DNA from: Azolla caroliniana
Taxonomy: Eukaryota > Plantae > Polypodiophyta
Assembly: GCA_043228905.1 (NCBI GenBank)
Contig: JBHGNT010000022.1
Span: forward strand, 12,648,001 to 12,712,000
Length of the DNA stretch: 64,000 bases
Direction of reading: 5' to 3'
This document shows positions 50,738-64,000 of this stretch, in pieces; the stretch's first letter is position 1; every line of letters starts with the position of its first letter. The position numbers and the translations under genes are program-made. The notes beneath the pieces were generated by a model. That model saw only the letters and a list, made by a program, of their open reading frames with translations, ran no database searches and was not told where the DNA came from.

Positions 50738-51796
50738 TTTTTTCGAAAATGAAGCTACTTTCCCATTAGTTAGGAAGGATTATTACAAAGAGAATGTACA
50801 AGGAGGCTTATACATAGATTGGGGAATCTCCCTCCGATCAAGTTCAAGAAAATGAGACTAGTTACATAGCCTTTCGGACTGACTACTTAATGTAAGTACC
50901 TATAGCTAAAAACGGTGCCCTTCAGTGTTGGCTAGTATGAGACAACTCCTGGGGCCTACAACAAAGGGAGGGTGGTAAGTGAGTCGGAAACAACCAGCGT
51001 GGGGGCTGGTAGTTCCACCTCGGGGCCCTCCCTCCTTGTGTCACCATAGGAGTGTTCCGCCATTTCTGCCAAAAGCGGAAACGGGCAGTGACCACAGACT
51101 CATTGGAACGGGCAGTGTTCACAAATTCGGCTATTTTTAATTTTGTGGTTTGTATCATTTTTCAACAAACAAAACCTATCACCTTGCTATATAACCTTAC
51201 ACACACTTTCATCATGGAAATGGTATTAGGAAAACTCTTGATTTAGGATAATGAGGCAAAGCTCTTTTTTTTCCAAAATGAAGCTACTTTCCCATTAGTT
51301 AGGGAGGATTATTACAAAAAGACTGTACACGGGGCTTATATACAAATCGGGAAATCTCCCTCCGAACAAGTACAAGAAAATGAGATTAGTTACTTAGCAT
51401 AACGGGTTGACTACTCAATATAAGCATATACCTATAGCTAAAAATGGTGCCCGTCAATTTTGGCTAGTACGAGACACCTCCTAGGGCCTACACCGCAGGG
51501 AGGGCGGCAAGTGACTCGGAAACAGCCAGCGTGGGGGCTGGTAGTTCCACCTCGGACCACTTCCTCCTTGTGTCACCATAGGCGTGTTCCGCCATTTCTG
51601 CCAAAAGCGCAAACGGGCAGTGACCACATCGTTGGAATGGCTGCAAACCTCGTCCAATTGCCCTCATAGGCAGTTGATAAGCGCAAACCATATGTCCATG
51701 ATCACTTCCTCCGGGGGTCGCACCAGATCCTGAAAGACCTTTAGGCAACGCGCTTTCCATACATACCACGGGGTGAAGCTTGCAATCAACATCCAA
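50738..51796 (-). mobile_element. Composite 5'-truncated LINE copy containing a 542-bp insert copied from 56768-57309
   Basis: Flanked by TSD CAATATTATTA at 50727-50737 and 51794-51804. Two LINE tails in tandem. 51116-51657 is identical to 56768-57309. Confidence 0.85.
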
Positions 51797-52499
51797 TATT
51801 ATTAGTTTTCAAGGAAGAGGAAGAAGTGGAACTTTGTAACGACATTCAAGGATTCACAATAAATTTGTAAGTTAACACAAGCCTTTTTTCATTCAAGATG
51901 TTTCTGGTTTTCGATTTGGATTTATTCTTATGTTGGTTTATGACATTTTATATTTTTTTGACATTTTCATAATGAGAATATCTATTTCACTTTCCATCTC
52001 ATATACATTGCCTCTTCATATAAGCATGTACTAGCGTTGAGTTTTTCTATTTTAGATTTGTATGCTTGAGATTAGTACACATAAAATGATAATGGAACCA
52101 ATTATTACTAGACATATATTACTCTCTCTCTCTCTTTTCCAAAACAAAATATCCTTCCATTAGTTATATAGAAAAGTCATAACGGTTCAACCTACAAAGT
52201 ATTTTTTCCCAAGCTCGTCTTGTGTAAGATAATGATTGAGGAAACAAATCTATGTACCCAACATAGAGAAAACAGTCCAGTAATTACAATCTATTCCCTA
52301 GACATATTGCAAGGTATCCATATCCATAGACAACAACAAAAGTAGCTCTATATTCAGAAAGAGCCCTCTCAGGTAATAGTTATGAGCCATTCAATACTTC
52401 TTCAACCTGTACATCTCAGATTTGAAGAAGATCAACTACCTTGTTTGGTTTTTCAAGAGAATCACTATTCACATTCGTGATTGTAAAGTCAACGACTAT

Positions 52500-52900
52500 G
52501 CTTCCTCTTTCCACATCAACCATCTTGCCAAATTACACCAAATTCCTATGCATACAACAACAAATTAAGTCAAGTTCCCTCCTCTCCTCATGAGCTTATT
52601 CTTCAGCCCCGACACCATCATCACTCGTCCTTATCAAAAACATAAAAACTGCTTCATTAAGTTCTCATCAACCATCTCGCCGAATACCACCAAATTCTTG
52701 CACATAAACAATAAAATGCGTCTAAAGTCCTCATCTCCTCATGAGAAGATGCTTCGACCTCCACACCATCGTCACTCATCCTTATCCAAAACATAAATTC
52801 TACTTCCTTAAGTCCACATCATCCATCTCGCCGAATACCACCAAAATCCTGCACATACAACAATACAATGAGTCTTGTTTCCTCATCCCCTCATGAACAT
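52500..52900. repeat. Degenerate ~151-bp tandem repeat, about 2.6 copies
   Basis: catca(a/t)ccatct..cc.aat..caccaaa at 52514, 52666 and 52817. Confidence 0.75.
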
Positions 52901-54799
52901 CTATTACTCATCTTCGGGAATGGTACACACATCAAAGGACTACAAATGTGCAAGATGGATTGTTTCAATTACATGTGAAGTCAACATTGGACCCCTATAA
53001 ACCACTATATATCTTTTTCACTTTCCATCTCATATATGTTGCCTCTTCATATCGGTAGTATTGAGTTTTTTTCGTTTTATATTTGTATGCTTGAGATTAC
53101 TACTCATAAAATGATAATGGAGCCAATGATTACTGGACATCGATAACTCATTTTCGGGAATGGTACACACATCAAAGGACAACAAATGAACAAAATGAAT
53201 TGTTTCAATTACATGTGGAGTCAACATTGGACTACTACATGCATGAAAAACAATCTATTGATAAGTGGTACATGGATATAATAGTCAAGATGACATAATG
53301 TGTAATAGTGTAACGAAGAATTGAATTATTGAGGTTTTACAAAATCCAGTAGATGTTGATGCGCTTCTTCAAACATGTCATGAATTTGAGTCGTGAATGA
53401 AGTCCAAAGCAATCTTTGTTTATTGTAACCATATTTATCCAAGGTATATCTTTAAGTGTCACCTTTAAATCAATTGGGAAAGAGGCTTAATCTACAAGTG
53501 TTACTCCAAATATTTCTCCATCTATAAGCCCTTTGGATGTGATTGCTCCTACCCATACAATTTGTCCTAGTATGGTTCATCAACCTAATGATGGTGTCCA
53601 AAGTAGGTTTTATGGATTAGTAGCAAAGAACTTTATGTACCAACAATTTAATGGTACATGGTGTGATTGACCATCAAACAATGATATGTATTATATGGAA
53701 AGAGATGTTATATATGTATCGATGAAGAAGACTTTCAAGACATAGAAAACAAGGCAATATGATTGTGACAAACAAAGGGGTGAAAAGTGAAGGGAGAACA
53801 TTTTCAAAGTCAATCAAAGAGGCATCAGAAAAAGTGGTACAGGCTCAAAACATTCGATGGAAACGTGACATTCAATGACGCAGTTTTAACCCTCAAGATT
53901 TACACTTCTAAGAAGTGAAGAGCGAGAGGAATATGCATAAAAATATGTTTTTGATTAGTCATCGAAGGAGAAATCAATTGGAAATACATAATACAATGTT
54001 ATGGAATGTGCATCTTTAAGTCACGTGTTTATGAGGTAGGATGGAGATGACAATCTATTTGTTTACATCAATAGAGTGTGGGCATGTTTGGTTTTTCATC
54101 ATGTGAAGGTAATTAAGATTTGAAGCTTTTAATCGGGAATGAGATTCTTTTCAAGAAAAAGATTTATGTGATGATTCGAGGTAGACGATGAAGATAAGGA
54201 AATGCATCCTATTACTAGTTTGGAGATCACAATGATGATCATGATGTGTTTATGAACCATAATGATTATGATGGCACTTTCTTTTATTCTTTGATGGATG
54301 ATTGTAATAGGAAGGTTTCTTCAAAGGTTATGTCATTATTGAAAACTTAGAGAATGAATATATTCTTAATAGGTTCAAAGATGGGATTTTTTTCTTTACA
54401 AGCACAATTGTGGAAAGAGGACATAGATTCCTCATATAGTGGTATGGGCATGTTGTTACATTTTCATATGCTATTGAGAAAAAGAGTTTCCTAAGCAATT
54501 GATAGTTTGGGTAAGTGATGGAGTTCAAGGAATCACAAACCATAACAACACATGGCAAAGAAAGTCTCTTTTTTTCCAAAGAAGAATATACTCCATTAGT
54601 TAAAATGACATACAATACACAACTTTAGACATTACATACTTCCATATGGGCTACATCACTTATTTATCTTACACTAAATAGCCCACATGTTTGTTCTTCA
54701 TGTTTGTCGTGTCATTCACACCCCTCTATCATCTAATGGGAGGGGGGAACAAACATCTCGGTACTACGTAAGCAAAGAAAGTCTATTTTTGTTTATTAG

Positions 54800-57700
54800 A
54801 TGAGAAGGACGAGCAAACATATATAGTCGTTAAAAGTTTTCATTAGGCTTTTTGTATCAATTTTTTATATTGAATAATGAATAATTTTATTAATTTATTC
54901 AAAATGTTGTCAAAGCGAACTCCAAAAGGTCATCCTTTAAATATGAGCCTATTCCTTATTAGTGTAAACAAGCATCAACTAGCATCTTTAGTATATTCAA
55001 TGGCAAAAGTAGTGCATTTAATATGGTTGATGGGGTTACTTTGCAGTTAATACATTAACATTATAGGGAAGATCGAGACGATCGGCCAATGAACAATACG
55101 CTTCAGGTTTGTGGTAGGAGCACAATAGCATGGGACTACTTTAGCACACATATGCCTACATAAAGTTTTAGAAATTGGAGGTACATGCAAGAAGACATTT
55201 TTACCACAATTAAAAAATGAGGATGCCTATTATGATCAACATATAATGTACAGTGTACTATAGAACAAAAGAACTAGATAATCATGCTCCTTCTAACCGC
55301 AATGGGATTGCTACCATGGAAAAGGTGAGGGTTGGATGCCTTGTACACGAAGTTGACTCAATAATGACAAAAAGTTGTACTTCACCACACTTGCCTCTAT
55401 CAACTTTTAAGCATTTGGCAATGAAGTGTAACGATGAAGCGAGGCATAGATCTCATATTAGCTTTGCTTGAAAAGTTAATGATATTGTTGCTTGTCAATT
55501 TAACACAAAGTCTTGACAATTGAATTGATTTAACTAACAAGATTTGTTATTGCTAATCAATTATTCTTTTTATTGCTCGGGGGTTGTATATAATCGAAAA
55601 TGTAAGATCGTGACATCCTACAAAAGCATCGTTACAAGTTTGAAAACGTTCAATGACCTCAAAACAATCTACAAAAACTAAAGATTCTAAAAGCAATCAT
55701 TGATGATTCATGTTAGAACATTAATTTGCAACACCACCATGCATTATTAGGTTTAAGTCATATGCAACCTTTGTAATATGCTCTTATTTAGGAACCTAGC
55801 TTTCTACAACAACAATATGTAAAACTATAAGGCACTTTTATTCATTACAGTTTTGTCCAACGACCTTGGTACAAGATCTTCCCTCTAAATATCTTCTGTA
55901 CTGTATGGGAAAGATGAGGGTAGAAATGTACGAGAAGTTTTAATGAAGCAATGCGCAATTTATGGGTTAGCCAAGAGTATAATTACATTAGCTATGAATT
56001 CTATTGAATTTTACTTCTCAATTATGGAAACTTGAGTGTACGCATAATTATGTCATCAATTGTTTTCAATGCCATATTATTGTTATTGAATCTCAATCAC
56101 GAAGTTGGCATTCTTAAATCCCTTGATATGCCTAACATAGTATTTTTCTAACAACTTGGCCCAAACTCCATGCAAACATGTCACTACCTGGGTAGATCAT
56201 CTTACAAAAATCATCAAAATCCTAACAATAAGTTCATTGTGTTTCAACCTAAGGTGTTTAGTGGTAAAAATGTTGTATTATTTAGTATAAGTTCAATTGA
56301 ATCATCCTTAACTACTGCTCATGGAAGTTAAAAATGCAAATCAAAGTTAGAATGTTATGCTTCCAACATATGTCATTAAAACATAAAAAATATTATCTCT
56401 TGCTTCAAACAAGTTTAGTCCATAATATATTAATCTATGGTTAACAACCACATGTTTTATGGATGTTTCTTTTCATCACTAGATATTAACGTCACTTATA
56501 CTTTTCTTCATGATATGCATGACAAATTGCACATGGTTAAGGACGTTTATACATTGTACAAGATTGCTAATATATACTTTTGTGAAAATCACCAATTAAT
56601 ATTTCCTTATGTCTTTTAACATAGCGGAATGACCTACCAAACATAGTTAATGGAAATTACACAATGCACAAGACTGCATGGGCATATCACCATAATGTAC
56701 TCTAGGTTTTCAATATGGAAAATTAGTGTTCTTATGTGTTCTTGGGACCCAAAGACATTGAAACATATGTTCACAAATTCGGCTATTTTTAATTTTGTGG
56801 TTTGTATCATTTTTCAACAAACAAAACCTATCACCTTGCTATATAACCTTACACACACTTTCATCATGGAAATGGTATTAGGAAAACTCTTGATTTAGGA
56901 TAATGAGGCAAAGCTCTTTTTTTTCCAAAATGAAGCTACTTTCCCATTAGTTAGGGAGGATTATTACAAAAAGACTGTACACGGGGCTTATATACAAATC
57001 GGGAAATCTCCCTCCGAACAAGTACAAGAAAATGAGATTAGTTACTTAGCATAACGGGTTGACTACTCAATATAAGCATATACCTATAGCTAAAAATGGT
57101 GCCCGTCAATTTTGGCTAGTACGAGACACCTCCTAGGGCCTACACCGCAGGGAGGGCGGCAAGTGACTCGGAAACAGCCAGCGTGGGGGCTGGTAGTTCC
57201 ACCTCGGACCACTTCCTCCTTGTGTCACCATAGGCGTGTTCCGCCATTTCTGCCAAAAGCGCAAACGGGCAGTGACCACATCGTTGGAATGGCTGCAAAC
57301 CTCGTCCAAGTGCCCTTGTAGGCAGCTGATAAGAGCAAACCATATGTCCATGATCACTTCCTCCGGGGGTCGCACCAGATCCTGAAAAACCTTCAGGCAA
57401 TGCACTTTCCATATATACCACATGGTGAAGCCTGCGATCAACATCCAAATTTCCGAGAACCTAGGGGATGCGGACTGCAAGCCTCTTCCATAACGAATCT
57501 TGGCGATTTTGCCTCCAATGCATACATAGCACCAGCTATCCGCATTGAAGGCGTCCGTCCACCTATCGTCGGAGTGATCAATCCATGCCACAATACTCCA
57601 CGATGCGGTTCCTTCCACTTCACAAGCCACAAGGAGGCGAGTCACTCTATCACATACCTTTTGAGCTTGAGAGCAATCCCATAGACAGTGCCTCAGAGTC

Positions 57701-60100
57701 TCAATAGGTGAAGGGCAAAGTGGGCAGCCTAACGGGCCGCCACGTTTACCTAACCATTCGCCAATGGGAACCACATTATGACTGATCTGCCACCAAAAAA
57801 ACTTGATCTTTTCAGGCATGTGGAGACACCAGAGACCTTTCCAAAAAGTAATGAGCACCTCATCAGGGATGCCCAATGTACGCCAGCCATTGCGCAAGGG
57901 GCCATCTAGCTGCAATTGTAAAGTCCGACCCAATTTAGTGCTGTAGTCGAAGAAATGGCGAAGTCTGCCATCCTGTTTCCACCTGAAATCCCCTGGGTCC
58001 CATTCTAGCTCGATGAGGGGACAACCACCATATACCCATAACTTCCAATGGGGTTCCACCTTAGCAACATCCGAGTCTGTTTTCCAGATGTTACCAACCT
58101 GCGCCACCACGCGGATTGGGTGCCAAGAGCCCCTACTCTGCCTCTCCCCAAAAATTGTATCTCGTCCCGATCCACTCACATCCTTCAGCAACTTAACCAC
58201 ACCAGTCTCATCAAAGAGACCGAACCATGTATCTTCTCTCACCTCCCCCATCGAGACCCTATCAAGTGCCTCAGCTATCAATCTCCGCATTTTCATGGCT
58301 TCCTTGAGGGGAGGGAAAGGGACCTCCTGGTCCCCTCCTGAAGCCACCATGCGTCTCCAATCATCTATAGAGAGGAGCCCTGTTTGCGCCAACTTTCCCC
58401 AGGCTAGGCCCTTAAGCTGCCCTAACATCATGTCACCACTTGACCGCACTTGAGGGTTCCAAAATAATGGTTGTCTTGCCCACTCGACTAGTGTCTCTGG
58501 CGTGTGCTTGACCAAATGACGTCTTACGTGACACCATGCCCGCAAGATGGAGTTCGTGACCCTCTCCTCCGGTTGACAAGCCAACTTGGGAGGGACTCCA
58601 CTGGTGCAACACCAATTCAAGGAATCTGGCCAAGGCCTACCATACTTGGGTGTCCCTGCTTGCAGCCTATTGCGAAGTAGTACCTTCCAGCACCCCTTAC
58701 CTGGCAAGAGGCATCGAACCACCATTTTGGCTAGCAATGCTCAGCTCTGCATTAAGGGGTCTATGAGGCCAAGCCCCCCTTTGGCCCACGGTTGTGTTAA
58801 CCGATGCCATGACACTCTGGCGGCAACAAACGGGTTGTCCTTACCTGACCATATAAACCCCCTGATGGCAGCCTTAATCCCGTGCAAACTTGAGGGGTCC
58901 ATAATCCAGTAGGAGACTGAGTGCCACATGGTGGCGAGCAACACTTGGTTCGCAATAAGAACCTACCAGCGAAGGAAAGTTTAGATCTGCTCCATTGGAT
59001 CAGCTTCTTGCTTATTTTGGTTTGCACATGTGACAATTACACTCCCTTGGGGATTGCCCTCCCCATCGTAAATCCTAGGTATTTGAATGTCGTCCCATCA
59101 GGGACCCATGCAAAATCAGCGTGGGGTTGCCACCTTGGCTTCTCTTGTTCGCTGAACCAGAGGCCTTGGGTTTTATCCCAATTGATCTTGGCTCCAGCAG
59201 CCTGACAAAGGTCCTCAACAAGCTGTTCAGCCAGCTGCAAATTCGCGTCATCGCCCTGCAAGAAAAGGACCGTATCGTCGGCATATTCAGATAGCAGCAG
59301 ATCTTCAGACGCATTGGGGATGGACAATCCCCTCAATCCGTTGTTTGGTGCTTGTAAATAAGCAGAGAAAGCCTCGGTGACAAATAGGTAGAGATATGGA
59401 GCTAGGGGACAACCTTGCCTCACTGAGTGATGTAGTTGGAAGGCAGGGCCCCTAGCACCAGCTACCAACACGCTACTAGAAGCATTCCGATAGAGTGCAA
59501 AAGTGCAATTCCTCCATTGTTGGGGTAGGCCCATAGCACTCATCACTCTTTCCAAAAACGGCCATAATACCCTGTCGTAGGCCTTCTCAAAGTCTAACAG
59601 CAGAATAGCCGAGCTCGATACGGCATGATTTGCTAATGCCATAACTTCCCAGAGAGGCAAAGCTCTTGGAGACTTGATCGCTATCAAGAACTTTAGATGT
59701 TCACCAAATGACCGACAAATAGGCTTATCATTTTTAATTATCTACATCAACAATGTGGATATGTTTATGCAATTAATTTATTTTATAGTATCTACTGTAA
59801 TGGATTGCAAGGTGTATTGAAATTTCAAATGAGAAAGGAAATTTTGAGGATATATCATACAATTTCTCATCCATCTCCATGTCATGGGAGAGCCAATCAA
59901 AGGTTACGAATGGATATCCCAAGACATCTTATGTCTCTTGACAATGACATACCACTAACCATATGGACTTTTCAACGCATTGACATGTATCATATATCAT
60001 GAAGTTTTTAATACTTGCAATGTATGGTTTTGGAGAGATATAGATTAGAGTGTATGGTAAAGTGTGGGCATAATTTCCACTTGAGAAATATAGGATTGAC
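54800..60100 (+). pseudogene. Possible highly decayed hAT transposase remnant, interrupted by the LINE at 56919-59653
   Basis: VGCLVHEVDSIM (CxxH-like), PCIIRFKSY (TRF-like) and, after the LINE, WTFQRI and LECMVKCGHNFHLR (dimerisation-domain-like). Weak, by-eye similarity only. Confidence 0.3.
56919..59653 (-). mobile_element. 5'-truncated L1-type LINE (RT to 3' end), relatively young
   Basis: 14-bp TSD GAGGCAAAGCTCTT at 56905-56918 and 59654-59667. LDFEKAYDRV, VRQGCPLAPYLY, YADDT, KYLG, zf-RVT CPLCPSPIETLRHCLWDC. Short A tail, few disablements. Confidence 0.95.
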
Positions 60101-62569
60101 AAAAAATCTCATTATAGATGAAAAGGGATATTTGGATGCCCTTTGTGTACTTATGAAGTCAACTTTAACATAACAAAGTAAAAAGTAGATGGATAATGGG
60201 TGCTATGCGTTTGCAAAATTCAAAGCGTGAAAAGATAAAAAGAGAATTTATAATGTGGGATATGAGTTCTCAATTCTAAAAAATCGTTAGGTTGTTATGA
60301 ACATGATATGGTACGTTATTTTGGTAAATGGAGTACTCAATACAATGCGCACTCACAAGGAATTTCTTGGGAAACAGAAGTAATGGAAAAATGATCAAGG
60401 CATAAAGAGAAAACAACCTTTAATTTCAAAGTTGTCTTCTCGGTTTTGCTTGAACAAGGCATACATAGGAGTTACGCATATTCCATAGCATGTATTCTAC
60501 AACATGGGAATATTATTATGCTTCAAAGCATCTAACATTGTTTACCATCATATATATGACAAATGATTAATATTTGTTACTACTATGCTCATGCATGATA
60601 CCCCTTTGGATATAAATATAATAGAAGGACCACGATGACCATTGAGTTAGACCTAGAAATGCCCATGATGATGATTGTGCTTATACCCACAAGGGTCCAT
60701 GAATTATTCCCATTGTTTAGTGATAGTCGGAGAAGAAATTAAGAATGTTGCCCCATCAACTACTAAGAAAAATAATAATGTCATTGATTTTGAATCAATT
60801 GTGTATTAGAGTTGTGGCTAGTGTTGTCACACGAAGATAACATTTCACATCAAGATGATTTGATGAGCAATATATTTTGCATAAACTAACTTAGGTTTAA
60901 AATTTGAACGTGTTTAATTTTATGGCATATCAATGTGTGGATGTGTTTCAGATTTATTATAAAAATTCTGCATAAACATCCCCAAGTACAACCATAATAC
61001 TTGGTAAAAAATTAATTGGGTGATACACAATTACTCAACACCTGTAAAATGTAACGCTAGAGAATCTTACAATAATGGAATGTTTGGGGTTAGCATATTG
61101 AATACCAATAATTATACAACAATGATGTCAATGGCGTCCCTTGTATAAATGAAACTAGAGATGTAGGCATTCTCGTTGAATTTGTAGTAAACAATGTTAA
61201 AGTTTATGTATTCAAGCTAACATTAATGTTTAATGTTATGGTCATTATAAAGTGTTTTATCATACACACAAACACTTTGCTCCTAGAAAAGGCATTACAT
61301 ACTAACCTTCCTCTACCCATGAGTTGAAGCAATCCCTTGAAAAAGATGCTTGTATTAAAGTTTCATTGGTAGTGTATAAAGTCCATGATTTCACATTGTA
61401 AAAAGTTAAAACATGCACGACTTATTTTGTTTTTCAAATATTGCGATGAGAAATTCTATGATATCATGAAGTAGATGTAATTGTTGTGTGATTGGTCATA
61501 AGTGTTTTTATTAAATCTCTAGTTGATGGGTCTTCGAGATTTCCAATAGTGACCATATTCAATTTGATTGTGTGCATGTTTATGGTTAGTGCTCTTGTAC
61601 ATCCAAAAGCCAAAGAAAATTAAAATGCACAAGTATGCAAACAAAAGCATAGACATCATTATGCCATCTTCACAAATTACTAGATAGAATTTCCCAGATC
61701 ATCTGCATTTTAGATTGACAACCTTACATGAATGGTTATGAAAGCCCAATAAACTCATTAAAAAGATAAATTATTAACAATGAAGGAAGACCCAAGGAAT
61801 TTCACACAAATCATGGTTAAAACCATTGTGCACACCAAATAAAATAGTTGGATGAAAGCACATCAAGATGTGCAACTCATAGGTTTCTTTGCGCAAGTAT
61901 GAATAGAAAATTATGACAATCATAAAAAACTTGCTTAAAGTTTAATGGAAACCATGTACCATGAGTGAGTGTTACAAAAGAATATCAATGAACAAATTTC
62001 CTCCGCCAAGACAATGAAAACATTGAATATATACATCATACATGGATATCCATGTAATTGCATACATACATACATATTTATGTGAGGATAAAAAATCAAC
62101 AATCACATACATACATACATACAAATAATATGGATTTGTCTATCCATATAATATATGAATATATATAAGATGGAAAGTGGCTATATAATATCGTCTTGTC
62201 ATCCTTGACAAATGGAGTTTTTTGTTTAGTTTCTTTAGGATTAACCGCTCTAAAATTGACACATGGCACCATGTATCAAGCAAAACAAAGGACGGCTATA
62301 AAGCATCTTTTCCCTTTAGAGAGTCTGTGTGTTTTTGTGTGATGCTTTGTAGAAGCCTATTTAGCTCCCAACCTTTCTTTTTCTTTTGCTTCGTTGTTGT
62401 TTCTCCTCATAATCTACCCTAATCTTCAAACTTGGATACCTTTCAAACATCAACCCTAATTTACCTCATTAAACTAAGCCCTAAGCCAACACAAACTAAA
62501 CTAATCTACCCAAAAAGCTTATAGAGCTACACTTGAAATTCTACTCTTAAAATTCTACGAGAAACGAAA

Positions 62570-62926
62570 ATGGTTGATCAAGCCATAAGAGGACCGGAGC
62601 CCTATGTGCCACTAATGTTTCTCTTCTTAGTTGTTGGTCTTGGGTTGGGTGTCCCATTCTACTTGAACTACGAGCTAGCAATTGTTGAGGAAGTCCAACA
62701 AAGCTTCAAACTTGGGGTGATGATCATGCCTCTTCTTCTCCTTCTTTTAGTCATGGCCTTATCAAATTCATCAAATTGGTCGACTAGTATCCTACCTCCG
62801 ACCGACCCTTGCTCTATCCATAGAGTCGGGGGCTCCCCTTGGGGTCTTGCACTCTTCCTCCTCCTCATCCTTGTCATGATTTGGTATCAATGTAATATAT
62901 TCGATTATTGGAACCCTCTCAATTAA
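62570..62926 (+). CDS. 118-aa small multi-pass membrane protein of the plant 'HRxGGSPWG' family (AT5G19875-like)
   Basis: Intronless ATG-to-stop ORF with three hydrophobic segments. Motifs MPLLLLLLV..LS and SIHRVGGSPWGLALFLLLILVMIWYQ..W.PL. Family recalled, not searched. Confidence 0.82.
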   Translation: MVDQAIRGPEPYVPLMFLFLVVGLGLGVPFYLNYELAIVEEVQQSFKLGVMIMPLLLLLLVMALSNSSNWSTSILPPTDPCSIHRVGGSPWGLALFLLLILVMIWYQCNIFDYWNPLN

Positions 62927-63025
62927 CACCAGTAACCCCCCCCCCCCTCCCCCTTCCCCCAAACTTATCACTTAACACTACTATGTCCTAACTCAATGTT
63001 TAAATACCTCTTTTCTTTCACACCA

Positions 63026-63281
63026 AAGAGACTAGTAACAACAATTTGGTATTGCAAATTTGTCACTTATAGCCTCATGTTTGTATTATATCTCAAGTTT
63101 TTACCTTCTTAAGTCACTCAATTTTGCCTAAACTCATCATTGTGTTTGTATTAAGAGACTCGTAACAGCAATTTGGTCTTGCAATTTTGTCATGTATTGT
63201 CTTTGGTTTGTATTATATCTCAAGCTTATACCTTCTTAACTCACTCAATTTTGGCTAAATTCGTCATCGTGTTCGAATTAA
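63026..63281. repeat. 127-bp tandem duplication downstream of the small TM gene
   Basis: aagagact.gtaaca.caatttggt at 63026 and 63153. Confidence 0.85.
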
Positions 63282-63738
63282 ATTTTAATGGTATATTATC
63301 ATTAGGTTTGTAATGCAATTTATGTTTTATGTGTTTTTTTTTTCCAAAAAAATACTGCTTCGCATTAGTTAGCAAACAAAATTACATCATAGAACTCTCA
63401 AAATTCCTCTCAACAGCCCTCACTCTGGCCTTCCCACCAAAGCGGACATAGTCCCCACCTCATTTTCAACAAACGTAACCAAACAACTCCAATAACCTAG
63501 TTATTTGTACCATAACTATACAAATTTACAACACCTAGACGTTGTTGGAAACTATTGGGGGAAACAACCATCGGGGATTTATGTTTTATGTGTTATGTTT
63601 ATATTGTAATATCTTTGTACACTCATTCACTTTGGCCTAGTACCATAATTAATCCATCACTCATGAATAGATTGGGTCAAAGCCACTATCTTAATTTTAT
63701 ACTATTCATTCATAATTAATCTAAGATCCAGTATCATC

Positions 63739-63861
63739 ATTTATATCTTAACTTTTTGCATTAACACAGTATTGTAAGCTCATCAAGTAAGGATGATACA
63801 CAAATCATAACACTTGATGAGTTTACAATACTACGTTAATGCACAAACTCAAGATATAAAT
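63739..63861. repeat. Fold-back inverted repeat (about 50-bp arms, about 23-nt loop), MITE-like
   Basis: atttatatcttaactttttgcattaacacagtattgtaagctcatcaagt pairs with acttgatgagtttacaatactacgttaatgcacaaactcaagatataaat. Confidence 0.8.
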
Positions 63862-64000
63862 AGAACTTACTAAATTAATTTGTTCGGTCGATCCATACAA
63901 GGCAAGAATTCTATCAAGGCTACAAAATTACTAATTGAGCAATGAATTAACCTACATAATCAAAGGGATTAACCTTTTGCAAATGTGTCCAAGGGAGGGA

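Noticed and set aside
60200-62000. Possible decayed transposase
   Set aside because: AT-rich with no ORF or motif I could support.

Overview
Eukaryotic land-plant genomic DNA: AT-rich, transposon-dense, with GT-AG introns. The TE families and gene structure suggest a seed-free plant such as a fern, but that is inference. Four host genes are supported: a 236-aa membrane protein of the MEE60-like family (14199-14909, +), a phytolongin with a poly-His insert and an internal duplication (33888-35000, -), a 9-exon DUO3/GON4L-like Myb/homeodomain-like gene with an N-terminal 27-aa repeat array (38457-48003, -), and a small 3-TM 'GGSPWG' protein (62570-62926, +). The rest is nested TEs whose order of insertion can be read from target-site duplications (TSDs). 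First, an old Gypsy integrase is split by a solo LTR (4-bp TSD), a non-autonomous hAT element (8-bp TSD) and a full-length chromovirus with non-canonical TG..TA LTRs. Second, a LINE is split by two head-to-head Copia elements fused by a microhomology deletion, one carrying an intact, very young Tnt1-like Copia (1 LTR mismatch in 608 bp). Third, a cluster of L1-type LINE copies includes one with an apparent one-sided-invasion double-strand-break repair scar (542 bp copied exactly from 5.65 kb away). A spliced, decayed fragment resembling a PLP-dependent decarboxylase lies inside a DUO3 intron. No rRNA, true tRNA or CRISPR array was seen. All coordinates and identities were read by eye; no database searches were run.
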